Origin: Eledone cirrhosa
Lineage: Eukaryota
Direction: 5' to 3'
DNA: 64,000 nt
NCBI GenBank assembly: GCA_964016885.1
Contig: OZ024744.1
Span: 62,930,001-62,994,000, forward strand
The position numbers and the translations under genes are program-made. Positions 49,681 through 64,000 of this stretch are shown in pieces; the stretch's first letter is position 1; the number at the start of each line of letters is the position of its first letter. The notes beneath the pieces are model-generated. The model ran no database searches. It was given only the letters and a program-made list of their open reading frames with translations, and was not told where the DNA came from.

Positions 49681-51337
49681 AAAGCAATTAACTAGCTATG
49701 AGACTGTTGGCTTATTGGAAGACTTGAAATGAAAATGAAATATGAAATTTACAGCTTACATCTATATAGGTTTAGCTGGTCCCCCTTGAGATTGTCTCTC
49801 AGGTTTATTGGGTGTTTTAATAGTATATACATACACCCAAGCACAAACAAATATAATACATAAAATATAAATTTTGGTATCTTAAAACTACAGGGTGAAA
49901 ACAATTTTTAACATTTTGTTGAAGGCAATTCTAAAAGTTAATGCCATTACAAATTATTTTCAATAATGATTTCCCTACACAGGTAGAAAGCCTAGGATTC
50001 TATGATGAAAAGAAATGTAAAGTTGAGAGACTGCTGTATTTCTTAAACACATGAAAGATATAAACAGTTCAAACAGAGGAATATTGTTATACCATGAGGA
50101 AGAAAATACATTCCAAAACTTCCAATTTTGTGAGTTACTTTTTTCTGACACAGAGTATATCTATGTGTGTGTGTTTGAGTGATTGGACTGGAAGTGCCTT
50201 GCTCAAGGATACAATGTGCTACCTAATCTGGAAAATGAACATGACATTCTGAATAAACCACTCAATTAATTCGCTCGCTTTGATCAACCGACAAGATCCC
50301 AGACCTCATTCACTTGCTGAACCAATGTTTCCTTTGGTCTTTCCATTGCTGATTCTCTCTACCGGTTGCAACTCCTGGCAGAAAGAACAACATGAAATAA
50401 ACTGTCTTGCTCAAGGACACAATGCATCACCCAGTCTAAGAATTGAACTCGCAACCTCTAGCCATTAAGCCATGTACCTCCATACAACTAATACTTAATA
50501 CTTGTAGTAATTAAGTACTATCAATAGTTAATTACTATAATTATACAATATGGTAAGCAGCAATAGACACAACGTTGTTATGCTTCCAAGAATGAAAGAA
50601 TTAAGAAGTTTTGGAATAAAGCATACAGCAATTTGTAACCAATTAACCAATTAGTCAAAGATAATAAAAAAAAAGTGTAGGTATATTGAAAAAGCAAAAC
50701 CTATTCTAAACTAGTTACACACAGCCAAAAAAAAAAAAAAGGTACTAAGGTCAAATTGAAAATGTTAAAAATATTAAAACTTACTCCCATATATAAAATA
50801 TATGATAGTTATTCTAAAACTCAAAGACCAAACCAATTATATATAGTTAAAACTGTTACATTCTTTTGTTGCTTATCTATGTTATCACCCTTATGCACTT
50901 TATCTCCCGTATCTATATTTAATTTCTGTTAGGGTTGTGACCTAATGGTAACAGCATTGGGAATGTGATTGTAAGAGTGTGGTTTTGATTCCTGGATTCC
51001 TGGACAAACTGGCCTATTGAACCCTTGAGCAAACCACTCCATTTCATATTGGTCCAGATCATTCAGCTAAGATGAATAACAGCAGTAGTAGCTTAGGATT
51101 AAGGTCTCATACTTTCAGTCACTTACACCAATGAAACTAAGATAAGCTGTGGTCTGGTGAGCATTTAGGTTTGGGACAGACGTTAACTTGTTAGTTGCAT
51201 TAACTCAGAACTAAGTTGATGCAACTGACAAGAAATGGATTTTATTTTATTCTATTTCTTCAAATATTTATAACAATTTGTGATGTTACAAAAATTAAGC
51301 AATAAAAAGTAAATACAAGATAATTTTATCTTACATG

Positions 51338-52190
51338 TCATCATCATCGTTTAACGTCCATCTTCCACGCTTGCATGGGTTTGGACGGGAGTTTTCCCAC
51401 TTGAGGCAAGAGTGGTCGTCTTGCTCGCATAGGACTGTCTGGCGGGTTTTCTACGGCTGGATGCCCTTAACACCAACCACGTTTACAGTGTGGACTGGGA
51501 GGTTTTTACCGTGTTACCTACACGGCCACATTACAGCGTGGACTGTCGTGACACCTACACGACCTCATTTATTTCGGACTGGATGTTGTGGCACCAACAA
51601 AACTTTACATTGAAAGGGGTGGTGTGGATGGGGTGGGGGTAGTGGGACGGGGGTGTATTTTTGTTAGAGGTGCCTACTGACTGTAGTAGGTTTCGCTTTG
51701 TACTTAGGCAGGGCAGGTCTTCTGTATAACTGTGTAGCGCCAAAGATCTCGGTCCAGTGACATTATCTTGGAGAGGTGTAAGTGTGTGAGGTTGGAATTT
51801 ATCAAGTCGTCCCAGGTTTTTCTGGGTCTGCCTACTCCGTGGCTACCGTCTATTTTTATTGCCCTGCACTTTTTTATACAGCTGTCGTCTTTCATGCGCA
51901 TCACGTGACCATACCAACGTAGTCTTCTCTCGAGTAAATAACATCTGATCCCTCTTATTCCTAATTTCTCCCTTAGTTCATTTATGCTTTGCCGTTCACG
52001 TATATTACTATTACACATCCAGCGGAGCATGCAAGCTTCGTTTCTCTTTAGTCTGCGTATATCCTCTGCACACAATGCCCAAGTCTCACTGCCATATAAC
52101 ATTGACGTTCGTATACAGGCATCATACAGCCTGCCTTTCATTTTTAGAGAGAACCCTTTAGCGGCTAATAGAGGTATAAGCTCTCTGAAC
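51338..52190 (-). mobile_element. RTE LINE 3' fragment (subfamily B)
   Basis: ORF 51704-52141 nearly identical to the C-terminus of 43848-45509; same 3' UTR without the duplication. Confidence 0.93.
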
Positions 52191-54468
52191 TGTATTTAAG
52201 TAAATTTTTCATATCAACAGGTTTCATAGACTTCTTCATTGCTTTTGTTAATATAAGATAGTCAGAAGAGGAGGATCAGTGCACATGACTCATTCTGATC
52301 TTCAAAAACTTATATAGCAATAATCAACAACAAGCATTTTAAGGCCATTTTCCCTTCTAAAGCAAAGGTTAACCCTGTAGTTCCCTATGACAATCTTCAG
52401 GCTTATATCAACCATTGGGTTCTTATTAACTCTTTAGAATTTAGATTACTCTATATATATACTATTGTATTTTTGTGGTAAAGGCTTTATCTCTTATAAT
52501 ATCAAATCTATTAAATTTTGATATTTATTTTGAAAACAATACCTTATGAGCAGCTGGTTACAGCTGGTTTGAATAGAAAGAGGTGAGATAACTCTGACCA
52601 GATATAGCCAGTTTAAATGCTAAACGGTTAAGGCACTGTTTTACAGCAAGATGCCCTTTCTGACACCTACTCATTTTGTCATCTCTTATGACATGCAGTG
52701 ATAGTGTATCTATTCTTAACTGGATATACAACATTATTACCTCAATTACAGTCTATCCACAACTCTGCAACAGCATACTTAAACCTACACTAGCTGAACT
52801 ATTACCTACCCATATAAACTTGTATTTCAGCCAAATAAAAAGCAATTAGCTACAGAAGCCATCCTAAATCAGATAATTGTGTTGAGAGAGGGGGTGCTAA
52901 TTTCACACTTTAAGATCATGTTTCAAGCAATATAACTGATAGATATGAAACACAACACATACTTTCCATGTCCTTGCAGTGAGTATCCTTCCATGCCAAT
53001 GCTGTCAGCTCTCCTATGTCTCATGTCCAACCATAATCTTAGTGTACTTCTGAGAAGTTAACATTGAATTCATTTCTCTCTACAGCCACTGCTTTCTTTC
53101 CATATTTACAGATTCTTTTAAAAAAAATCTTTTACTGATTTCAGTCATTAGACAACAGCCAAGCTGGTGGGAGCACTAACTTGAAAAAGTTTCATTGATC
53201 ATATGAACCCAGTACTTTTTTCAAACTTGATACTTATTTTACTGACCTCTATTTTGTCAAACTGTTAAGTTATGAGAAAAACAAACAGAAAACACAGACA
53301 TATGTATATATACATATACAATGGGCTTCCACAGTTTCCATCTACAAAATTTCACTCACAAGGCATTGGACAGCCTGAAACTGTGGTAGAAAAAACTTGT
53401 TCAAGGTGCTACAGGAGGCTGAACCCAAAATCACATGGTTGCAAAGTGAAATCTTTAACCACATAGCGTGTCTGCACACGTGTGTGTGTGTGCACGCATG
53501 CGTTTTCTGCCTCACCCTATTTTTTTTATCTCTCTCCTCTTTCTCATAACAACCCACTGACTGGATACTGGTTTATCACAGTCACGTCTGCACACACATG
53601 CATGCATGCACACAGACGCACATGCACATACACACACATGTTGGTGGTTGTGAGAAAGAGAGAGATTTTTAAAAAATAGCAAGAGACAGAAAATACTTTG
53701 TCAAATCATATTTTTTTTAAATATCAAACCCCACAACTTCTATTACCAATATTATGTACATAAGAAAACTTTGCCTTTCATCCTTACGGGGTTGATAAAA
53801 TAAAGTACCAGTAATGCACTGGGTAATTGCTGGCCTTGTGCCAAAAGTAGAAACAATTATGTACATAAGAAAAAATAGACATAGGTGTTGCAATATTCTC
53901 CTTCTTCACCACAAACAATATTATAAATTAAATTCATGTTAAAATTTCTTCAATGGAATGTCATATATTAACATTTTGTATTTTATAAAAAAACTTTTTA
54001 TGTTACCCCTTAATGTTTATGTGTGTGTGTGTGTATAAAGACAACACAGGACCTGGATCTCTGGTGTTATGCCGTAATACAGAAGACCAACCTTCCTATG
54101 GGCACAGGCTGAAGCTAAAGCATACATATATATATATAGTATGCACCACTCACCCTCCCATACATCTCCCATGTGGATAGGCTGTAGCATACGTACAGGG
54201 AAGCCTTCAGCCCAGACTGTATGGTGACATGACAAAAAGCACCCAGTAAAGTGGTTATGTAGGAGTCACAACAAAAAACACCCAGCCACACTGTAAAGTG
54301 GTTGGTGTTAGGAAGAGTATCCAGCTGTAGAAATCAAGCCAGAAACAGTTGTGTGTGAGCAAGACATGGTCACCTGACCCAATCCGTCTAACCCATGCTA
54401 GCGTGGAAGAATGAATGTTAAATGATCATGATGATATATGTACACACACACACACAAAGACATACAAA

Positions 54469-55217
54469 AATAATAATGAAATTATTGTGTAAAATGCTCA
54501 GGTGCACTACAACTCGTCAAAGGTGCATGTATAGTACATAGAATAATATACAAATGTCAGGGAAGTGAATAGTGTACGAGTCATGATATACATGTGTGTA
54601 TGTGCATGGAGGGGGAACATTAGGTGTAGTGTTGGCAAATCTCGGGAAGCATGGAGGTTTTAAAGGATGCAGTGTCTCGACAGCTAACAACGGAAGCAGG
54701 TACTTTGTTCAATGCTTCAGCAACTCTGAGTGTGAAAAAATGTTTCCAAAAGTCATGGGAACTGTGCTGTTTTCTGACTTTGTGGGCATCCCACGTGTGT
54801 TAGACACATGGAAATCAAAAAGGTACTCAGGGTTGTTGTTGGCAAGATGGTTAACAATTTTGCGGGTGTTTACCAAGTCAGTTGCCAGGCGTCGGAGCTT
54901 CAAAGTATTCATGCCCAGGGAAGCAAGGCGTTCAGAGTATGGTAGATGCCTGATGGAGGGTATTCACTTGGTTGCACGTCTCTGAACAGTTTCCAGGCGG
55001 TCAATGTTCTGAGCAAGATAGAATTTGCATCACCAATCTGGAACCCCTAAGTGTGGCCGCACCATAGCCATGTACAGCCTTAAATAGATAGCAGGAGAGC
55101 GGCTGACAAAGGTCTTGCTGAGTGATGCTAAGACACCCTTGGCCTTCTTGACAATTTTAGAGACGTGCTTCGTCCAACGCAAATCACTGTTGACAGTAAT
55201 GCCCAGGTCACGTTCAC
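54469..55217 (-). mobile_element. CR1-clade LINE 3' fragment
   Basis: CERDLGITVNSDLRWTKHV...MVRPHL and LKLRRLATDL; homologous to 35850-36610. Confidence 0.9.
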
Positions 55218-56029
55218 ATGATATATATGTATGTATTCCCAATCATGTTTAGATTACAAACAAGAGAAGTACTCAATACACAATGTAGATATATTTGTTA
55301 TATATGATAATTCACTCCAATACTCCTCAGTTTTTCATGTGCATTCATTCAAGTGCTCTTAGTTGCCTGAATAAATGAAGAAACCTCTGAGCAGCAACAG
55401 AATGAACCCCCATCTTTAAACATATATGTACAAGATAAAAAAAAAAATAGATGATACATACACAGATATTAAACAATGATCATGATAAGCAGGTGCGTGT
55501 GTATGAAACTATATAATTAAAGCCATCCCAAGTTTCACATATATAACTAAGCAAATATGAGAAATTCCTAGGGGCACATATATATATATATATATATATG
55601 TATGTCTAATAACATCAGTATGTTATTAGACATACACTTCATGCACTCTCTAAAATGGTCTTTTGAATCAAAGACAATCTTGTTTCAAGTATATCAAATA
55701 ACAGATGATAGGGCTAGGACCCCTATCAATAAAACACCCTAGAAATCTCCTGAGACACAGCATCATAGGAGGCCAACTAAAACTACATAAGTGTGAGCTG
55801 TAACAGCAGTAAATTAATTAAGATAATTGAGGAAGGGAGGTGTTAGCCAACGTTAGATCATCATTATACAAACATGTTGAAGGGGAAAACAAAAAGACAA
55901 AAATGAAGCAAATTATGAACCTCTGGTTCTACAATGCTAAGTTTAATTTTAAATGCTTGTATATATCTGAAAATTTTCAATCATAATTTTATGTAAGAAC
56001 ATTTAAAAGATGTTTCAAACACCAGATAT

Positions 56030-57413
56030 TCTATACATATATATAAAATTGAAATTGTCTGTGTGTGTGTGTCCCCTAAGTTTTGCAAAGTCTATACAAA
56101 TCCACATTTCTACTCCAATTGACTTCAAACTTGCATTTATATATTCCTTGCAGTCTAAAGATATTAACTGCAGCTTTTATTTTTCAATTTTCTGTTGTTA
56201 AAGGCATGTTAGGCACCGGTTATCGATCTCTCTCTCTCTTTCTTAGTTTGTTTTTTTAGATAGATACATAGCTATAACGTCGCGCCCTTATAATATCTGT
56301 CTGTATGTCTGGCTGTCTGCATTACAACATTATGACAAACATGGTTCTCATTGATGACGTATTTTCTTCGCTATTTTTCGTTCATTGCCAGGGAACGTCT
56401 TCACGAACCAAGGTATCATCTTTCTGAAATATTTTTTGAAATATTTACTTCTGCGTTCACAGATTGATTTTTTAGTTTGAGAAGATCCCGTTAAGGGTGA
56501 AAGCACACGCTGTAAGCAATGTCAATGTTACTGCTGCTACATAGGACTCCCATTACCACTGAACTTTCACCTTTGCGTTCTGCATTTCCATCCGCAGGCC
56601 AACATGGAATGGTCTTCATAGGAGTCAGTTTATTGAGGGAGAAACAGAAGGGTCTCGAATTTGCCGCCCAAAAAACCCATTAACAATAACGAAAACCGCT
56701 AACATCAACGCAGAATGATACATTGTAGATCGCTTTAACCCGTCTTTTATTAATCAAAAAACTTCTTGCCAATAAACATTAACCCTTTGTGTGCCATTCA
56801 TCTAACTGTAGACCAACAAATACCAACTAAACGGAGCGTTGACAAGAATGATGGCGAATGAATCTTCGAGGTAAGCAGTTTCCTCCCGAGCTGTTAGTTC
56901 ACGCGGGATTCTCTGCTACACTTTTTTGTAATAATACTGAACAATGTACTGCTGGTCACTCCTTCCTCCAAAAGCAGCACAAAGCGGACATGTACATTGG
57001 GTAGATGGATCGGGTGCAAATCTACACCAGGCCTACGCGATAAATTCGCAATTGACTGCACCGATAGGGATAGAGAGATTGAGTAACTCAGTGGAAAGAG
57101 TGCGAATGAACTTTTGAGGTAAGTAGCCTATGCCCTACTGCTATGACACTGGAACCTTCTGCCAACTTAACCTGTGACTTTCTCTTTCACATTTACACCA
57201 ATAGGCCAAAACAGAGTGGAAACGCCAGGGGACAACTGTCACAGAAGGAGTATGAAAAGAAAGGGCCCAACAATATTTCTATGAGCAATGCACGTAGACA
57301 GCTAAACTGTACTTTCAATTTCTTAATTTTCTCCAAATAGTGTTTTAACAGACACTCACAAATAAACGATTCTCATTGGTTCTTACCCGTGCAACACCGG
57401 GATACACTGCTAG
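56030..57413 (+). mobile_element. Non-autonomous Helitron
   Basis: TCTATACATAT 5' end nearly identical to 46489-46660; 3' hairpin CCCGTGCAACACCGGG then CTAG. Confidence 0.8.
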
Positions 57414-59737
57414 CTAATAAGAAAGTTATTTATATTACTAAAGACATCCAAATTTTAGATTATTTTCAAAATGATTTGAAAACCATATACTGTATCTGTA
57501 ATTTAAGGGAGTGTGTCTACACATTGTTTACAGATTACTTTGTGAATTTTGACCATTCTCCAAACACTGGGTTCAGAATCATTTCATATAACTTTAGCAT
57601 ATCACAACCTAAATTTCCAAGGCATTTTAAATCTTTGTTATTTGATTGCTTTCAATGTAATCAGATTGCATGAATGGAAAGAAAATACCTTATATACACA
57701 CACATGCTTAAGTCACACCATTTTACATACAACATTTATAACATACATCATACATGTTGAATTGTGGTTCTGTAGGCTCAATACATAATTTTCATGGGAA
57801 AAATAGGATTTATACATAAGTATATATGGTGTGTGTCTGTGTGTGTGAGTATATACACCATATATATATATAGACACTATATATATATAGATATATGACA
57901 ATCTACATCTTGAATCTTTTTTTTAGCAATGAATGAAAAAACCAAGTGCCACTTAGAGGATTAATGTTACAATATAGAACTTAATAGAAATAACAGCTAT
58001 TAATAAAATACTACATTTCTTAACATTGACTTTTAATACATTACTAATTTCTTTCTATCATCAATCTATATTCTACCTTTTCTTTCTTTCAGATTTGTGG
58101 CCATTATGTATTTGTTTCAACAAGTACACGAGTTGTACAAAAAGATCTTTTTTTCATTTATGATCACCAATTTTGTTGTTGCTTTAAATAAACTGGCTCA
58201 TTGTAGGACATCTTTACAGTCTGTCTGAAAATGTTATGGTTACAGAAATGTTGACAACTTCAGATGCAAGTATCCTTAGAAAACCAAAACAAAGATGTTG
58301 ACACTGTAAAATGAAATGCAAAAACCTTTGCTCAAACCGTTTTTATTGTCAAACTTTCAGCACTAGCCCTCTGGGCCTGTAGCTTCACTACTGGCAATAA
58401 AAATGTCAATAGCAACCACTCAATCACTCAACCCAACAATTCTGGCTTCTATCAGATATATCGTCCACTTCAACTTTCTTCATCAATGATGTGTTGTAAA
58501 CGACAATTAACTTTTATGTCCATTGCTTAATGTCACTATTTTTTTAATCAGGGGAAAATGGACAGTGCCCATGATATTTTTTAGGACCTCCAAGACTGAA
58601 GAAAGGGAGGGAAGGCAGAAGCCACCCTCAACCCGGACCCTTGAACTAAATGCATGCAACAGAGTGGACTCTGGTAAAGGTACTCAAGCTCCAGATGTTA
58701 ATGTTAAACTAGGTGACAGATTAAGTCTACCACCCAAATATGCACAGTGTGATTTAAGCTCTGAATGCAAAGAACCAGAACAGATATTGCAAGGTATCTC
58801 ATCTGGCACTCTAACAATTCCACCTAATCTACCATGCTGGACTGATACTTTATTTTATTGATTGCCAACAGGTCCAAGAGACAAATTTGACCTCAATGGT
58901 TTTAAACCCACAACTAGATACTTTAATTTCAAACAATCATAGTTTATTTTTACCTGAAATTTCTGAGTTGAGGTATTATCATCTATACACATTGGTATAT
59001 TCAAACAAGTGTCTGCATCTTAGCTGTAAAGTATTAGTGTTGGTATCAAGATAAAATGCACCCAGCATGCCCTGTAAAGTGGTTAGTATTTAGAAGGACA
59101 TCCAGCCCTAGAGGCCATGCCAAATACGAAATGTAATCAACAAGACTGGTCGTTCCAATTCATCTAGTCTTGGATCGTGACAGTCTAACTCATGCCAGCA
59201 TGGAAAATGGATGTAAAATGATAATGATGCTTCATTTTGATCATTGTACCTATTGGCATTCTTTGTGCACCACTTGTATTGTTATGTTCTTGGAATTTCA
59301 AACCAAATCCTTTGTTCAAAAGATGGGCATGGCCAATGGAACAGTCTACTCACTGTGGTTTGAATAAAAGGTTCAGTTTGAAGTTCTAAGGACATCACTG
59401 AATAATTATGAAAGGTACAATGGCTGAAATGTTGTGACTATAAAAACCTGGAACTATTAAAGATTAAGGAAAACCATTTTATCATATGAGAGTGAACTCT
59501 GTTCTCTTCATCTATTGTACCATTATTACAATAGATTGTCTTTCTACACTTAACTGTATTCAATCTCCAAATCACACATATCATGGCATCTCTTACATAG
59601 TTTCCTAACATCCATGTTAACAGCATCAACAATCCTTCTCATTACAGCCATTTTTCTCTGATTAAACAGGGAAATGAAATTAAATATTCACTCAATCGTT
59701 GTTATTTATGGAATAAAAAGAAAACGTTTTTAAATAC

Positions 59738-59961
59738 CTTGACCCTTCACAGCCGCAGCATTAAAATCAGTCTTAACTTTAAGTTTTTGCTCGCCAAATA
59801 GGTTATGGTGAGTGTCTTCTTTCTTGGATGCTACCGGCTGAGGTGTGCTATCCGGTTCTTTAAACACATTAGATTCCATGCGGTTCACCTTACCGCCTGC
59901 AGGACCTGCTACAGCAGGACCAAAAATATTACTTTCCCCTCCACCGGGTGGTTTCAGCACC
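59738..59961 (-). CDS. JPT1: Jupiter/HN1-family exon 2
   Basis: RVLKPPGGGESNIFG...NRMESNVF...HNLFG are family hallmarks; TAG acceptor, GTATT donor; 224 nt, phase 2 to 1. Confidence 0.88.
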
Positions 59962-61725
59962 CTAAAAAATAAAAATAATAAAGATAATAAATAAATAACT
60001 TAAATTTTATCAGTATAGATTACTAACTACTGATATGGCAAATAAAATATATTTCCTGGAACATTTTAAAATATCTGGAAGAAATTGGCAGTATTCTGAT
60101 TTGGGGAGGGGATCGGCTCTTCCAAGTTGAAACAAAAATACCCAAGAAACGCAATATGTCACTACAGCGCCACTATGACTACCAGGATTTACGGGTCCAT
60201 ATATACATTTAAGAGTGTAGCATAATTCCAGACTACTGACAATTCCCAGCTCTGTGTCAGTATTAGAGAGAGAGAGAGGGGGGGGGGGGGGGGGGGCAGT
60301 AAAAGACAATAAAGATTTATTTAACACGGGAAGATTTTAATTGGTTCGTATATAATAATTTATACTGGTTGAGATGGAGAAGGGAGACGGAGAACAGTAG
60401 AAATGTCAATTTATCAACAAAAAACAAAAACAAAAAAAAAAAGAACCAGTTGTAAATTGCCGAGTAAAGAAAAAATGAAAAAAAAACCAACGCGATTTAA
60501 TAAGATAGCAACAAAACGTCACCATACAAGAATCTAATAATAGTACTAGTATTACAACTTTTGAATTCTTTATGTATACTAGAGTTAATAACCGGGCATT
60601 GTTTTCTAAAAATATGTAAAAGACTTGCTTATTTTAATCGACCATCCCATAACAGGCATTAACAAAAGAATTTTGCCTATCATTTAAAAAAAAGTCATTC
60701 ATGCATATATACATACTTATGTTGAATGGGCTTAAAAATGAATATCCTGAATGGGGAAGTTATGTGTATGACGATGAAAGAAAATACTAGAAAGACTATC
60801 AATACATTAAGGAAGCTAGCTTTTGTATTACTCATGACAGTTTGTCAAGCCACTTCCTACCACAACCAGCGTTTTCCTTTTGAAATACAAATTTCAATTA
60901 TTTCATTATTTATTTATTTATTTATTTATTTATTATTAAAATGTTTAGCAATTCTATATTTTTTACCATATAGGGTGGAGGAATCAAAACCAAAATTCTT
61001 TTTAAAAATCGACAATAAAAGAATCTGGTATGATTTTCTAAAACTTTGCACTGTGGTGCAAAGTTATATCAAATACCAAAGGATCTGAGTTACCGTAAAT
61101 GCACAGCAATATTTCGAGAATTCTAACAATTCCATAAAAATATATTTAATACAGGAACAACAAACTAGTTTTTAAAAACATTCAATTTAGCTAATAAGAC
61201 ACCACACCACCTCGATTGCTTAAAGAAAAAGAAAAAATACGTTATGTCTTATAGTGGAGAGAAATAATTTAACTGATTTATAAACCTTAAATATTGAAAC
61301 TAAATAATTTGAGTAAACGTGAGGGAGATGCCATGTTTGACTCAGAAAGAAGAAAATCAAAGTTGTCCTTGGTAGGGCTTGAACTCACAACATAGAGAGA
61401 CAGAACAAATAACACAAGATGTATTTTGTCCGATACTCTAACGGTTAGAAATTTGAAGGGGTAAATCGATTAAATCGACCCCAGTACGGATACTTTAATA
61501 ATACCGTCACAAAATCTCTAATTTATGAAGGAGGATTAAAGAGAACGTGTAACGTTCATGCCGTTCCCAAGAGTATTGGTAAGGCAAGTGATATTGATAA
61601 AATTAATAGTGTATATATTGTAGAGTAAATGATGAAATACTGCCAACCGAAACGGGAACGCTGTGGCCGTTTATTCAAATTGCCTTTCTTTACTTGAAAC
61701 TTTTAAAACCACACACACACACACA

Positions 61726-61769
<44 letters not shown>

Positions 61770-61959
61770 CGTACTCTGTCGCTCCTGTTCTCTCACAGAC
61801 AATAATTAACATAATGATGTTAACCAAAGACAGTTTAATAAAACATTTACAATTCTATCATATACGTAGTTACATTAGAGGAACGGAGAGGAGGAAGTTT
61901 TAGATATATCTGAATAAAGCAATGCTTTCTTGAATCGTCAATCAACCCTGTAATTATCC

Positions 61960-62069
61960 ATATATATATACATACATATATATATATACATACATATACA
62001 TATATACATACATACACATATATACATACATATACATATATACATACATACATATACACACACACATAT

Positions 62070-62118
<49 letters not shown>
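61960..62118. repeat. Compound (TA)/(TACA)/(CA) microsatellite
   Basis: Direct inspection. Confidence 0.95.
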
Positions 62119-63711
62119 TCACACCGCTGGAGAGAACTCGTCCATGGATCTCGGGGATTTTACCCGCACTATAGATATATACATATACATATATGTGTGT
62201 GTGTAAGTGTATAATGAGAGAGATTGCCTGTATGTGTGTGAGTGACAAAGAATACAGGAGAGGAATAACCATTCCTCTATTCCTCTCCATCAAATAAAAA
62301 CTATTATGGTTCAGTCAGTTCTATTTTCCAATTGTCGTTCGTCGTCAAGTTTCCCTACACACACACAAACACAACACACACACACATACACACTTTCTCT
62401 TCGGTTGGATTCGAACACGGATCCATAAAGACTGAATGATGTAGCAAGATGACGTTAACAACAAAACACAAAAAAAAAAACGCTTCACATTCAGATCTCA
62501 TTAAATTTTAAATATTAATAAATCATTATTATTTTGAATGCATTCCTGCTGCCGGAGATTTCTTCATCCTCGATTCTTTCCTTATTTTACCAGAATACAC
62601 ATTTTTCACTTATATGTATCGTGGAAACAAAGAACCGAATTATTGAAGAATCTACAAAAGGATTGTCGTCGCAGTCATCTTTACTTTACCTTAAACAGAC
62701 TTTCAGTTTTTATTTGGTGGAGAGGAACGATTATTAATTTTTCTTTCTCACTTCCACATACATACACATACCTATACACATGTATACAATATAACATTTC
62801 CTTGTTAGTTTTTCAAGAGCCGTGATATACAAAGCTGGTACTAGGAGCATCATTTGGCCAGGATATTAATTTTAGCTTTGATCAAGCAAAGACTGCAGTA
62901 TGTATGTGTGTTTTTATATAAATATATACAATATGCATTTATAAATATACATTAAACTCTCTCCTTAGTCTGGAGGCTCATCAGGCCAGAGTTTATTCCA
63001 GTTCCATTGGCGTTAAGCGACTGGAGATTAACCCTGCGGTGAACTGTTCTCCTGTCCTGGGGGAGAACAGTTCACAGGGTTAATCTCCAGCTGGTACTTA
63101 TTCTGTATAGATTGGTGCAATGCAAAATTAAGTGTCTTGATCAAGAATCGAACCTATATATGTGTGTGTGTAGAAAAAAATAGAAGGTAATAAACTAAGA
63201 GAAATGAATAAGAAAGAATAAGAAAAAAACACTAGTTTGTACAGCTTCATAGCTGAAGAATATGGAAGGAAGATAATAGTTACGGAATATATAAATAGAC
63301 ATATATAAGCGTATGAATTCGTTAAATAAGATAAAATACACACTATCTTCTTTTCTTTCCCTATCTATATATGTATGTGTTTATCTCTAATATATAAATA
63401 AACACAATATAGCACACACACAAACGCTTAATCAGTCTCAATGGTTGAATGGAAACCTTAGGATTTACATACATTAAATAATATCTACACTATATTTTCT
63501 TGAAAGAGTGGAGTGCTAAATTGACTGTGAATAATGATCTTACTAGTATTTTAATTTGTAATATCTTACACACATTATTTTATATATATATATATTTGTT
63601 ACGTGCATGAACTTATATGTATATATAAAATGTCAACAAGGAAAAATTATACAGTGTAAGACTGGCAATACAATACAATAACAATGGTACATTAGTTTAA
63701 GGAAAAGATTT

Positions 63712-63772
63712 TCAACGACATTTCAGACGCTACATATATATAATATATATGTAGCGTCTGAAATGTCGTTGA
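63712..63772. repeat. Perfect 30-bp-arm palindrome in Jupiter intron 1
   Basis: TCAACGACATTTCAGACGCTACATATATAT-A-ATATATATGTAGCGTCTGAAATGTCGTTGA. Confidence 0.9.
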
Positions 63773-63817
63773 GAATTTGTGCGTGTGTGTAAGAAAAGGG
63801 AATCATGGAATATTTAC

Positions 63818-63870
63818 CTTGATGAAGGTTTATTTTCGCTATAACCCTGTCTTATTTCGGTGGAAGTCAT
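63818..63870 (-). CDS. JPT1: Jupiter/HN1 (JPT)-family exon 1
   Basis: MTSTEIRQGYSENKPSS(R), similar to the HN1 N-terminus ending in SSR; donor AG|GTAAA; 53 nt, phase 2. Confidence 0.8.
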
Positions 63871-64000
63871 ATTCCGTTTTTACCTTTTCGATCCAGGCAA
63901 AAAGAAGTAACTATATATATATATGTAATATAGAATATAGTTATATGTGTGTATTGCGATGGGTTTGAGTTGGTTTGCCAAAAACGGTCAATCAAGATCT

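Noticed and set aside
56500-57300. Possible RepHel or captured gene fragment inside the Helitron
   Set aside because: No convincing Rep or PIF1 motif and no spliceable exon found.
61847-62293. 148-aa ORF rich in Y/I/V/C
   Set aside because: Translation of a TA/CA microsatellite.

Overview
AT-rich, microsatellite- and transposon-dense animal DNA. The RTE LINEs, tRNA-derived SINEs and repeat style suggest a cephalopod (Octopus-like) genome; this is inference, not a database hit. Two spliced minus-strand genes were reconstructed by hand with GT-AG junctions and matching phases. (1) A kinesin-4 (KIF4A-like) gene has 7 coding exons at 15069-3199 and runs off the left edge; a candidate promoter/5'UTR exon lies near 25.2-25.3 kb. 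(2) A complete 4-exon Jupiter/HN1 (JPT)-family gene spans 63870-39023 (128 aa). The rest is repeats: two RTE subfamilies with a PHD-like finger inside the RT, CR1-type LINEs, a truncated Gypsy element, a young non-coding LTR element with a tRNA-Trp PBS, non-autonomous Helitrons, Merlin and mariner remnants, Penelope remnants with hammerhead-like cores, a CRE-type RLE fragment, MITEs and SINEs. The least explained structure is a foldback at 22.8-23.4 kb carrying four histone-type stem-loops inside a ~3.3 kb TIR-bounded unit. Repeat boundaries are approximate unless termini are quoted.
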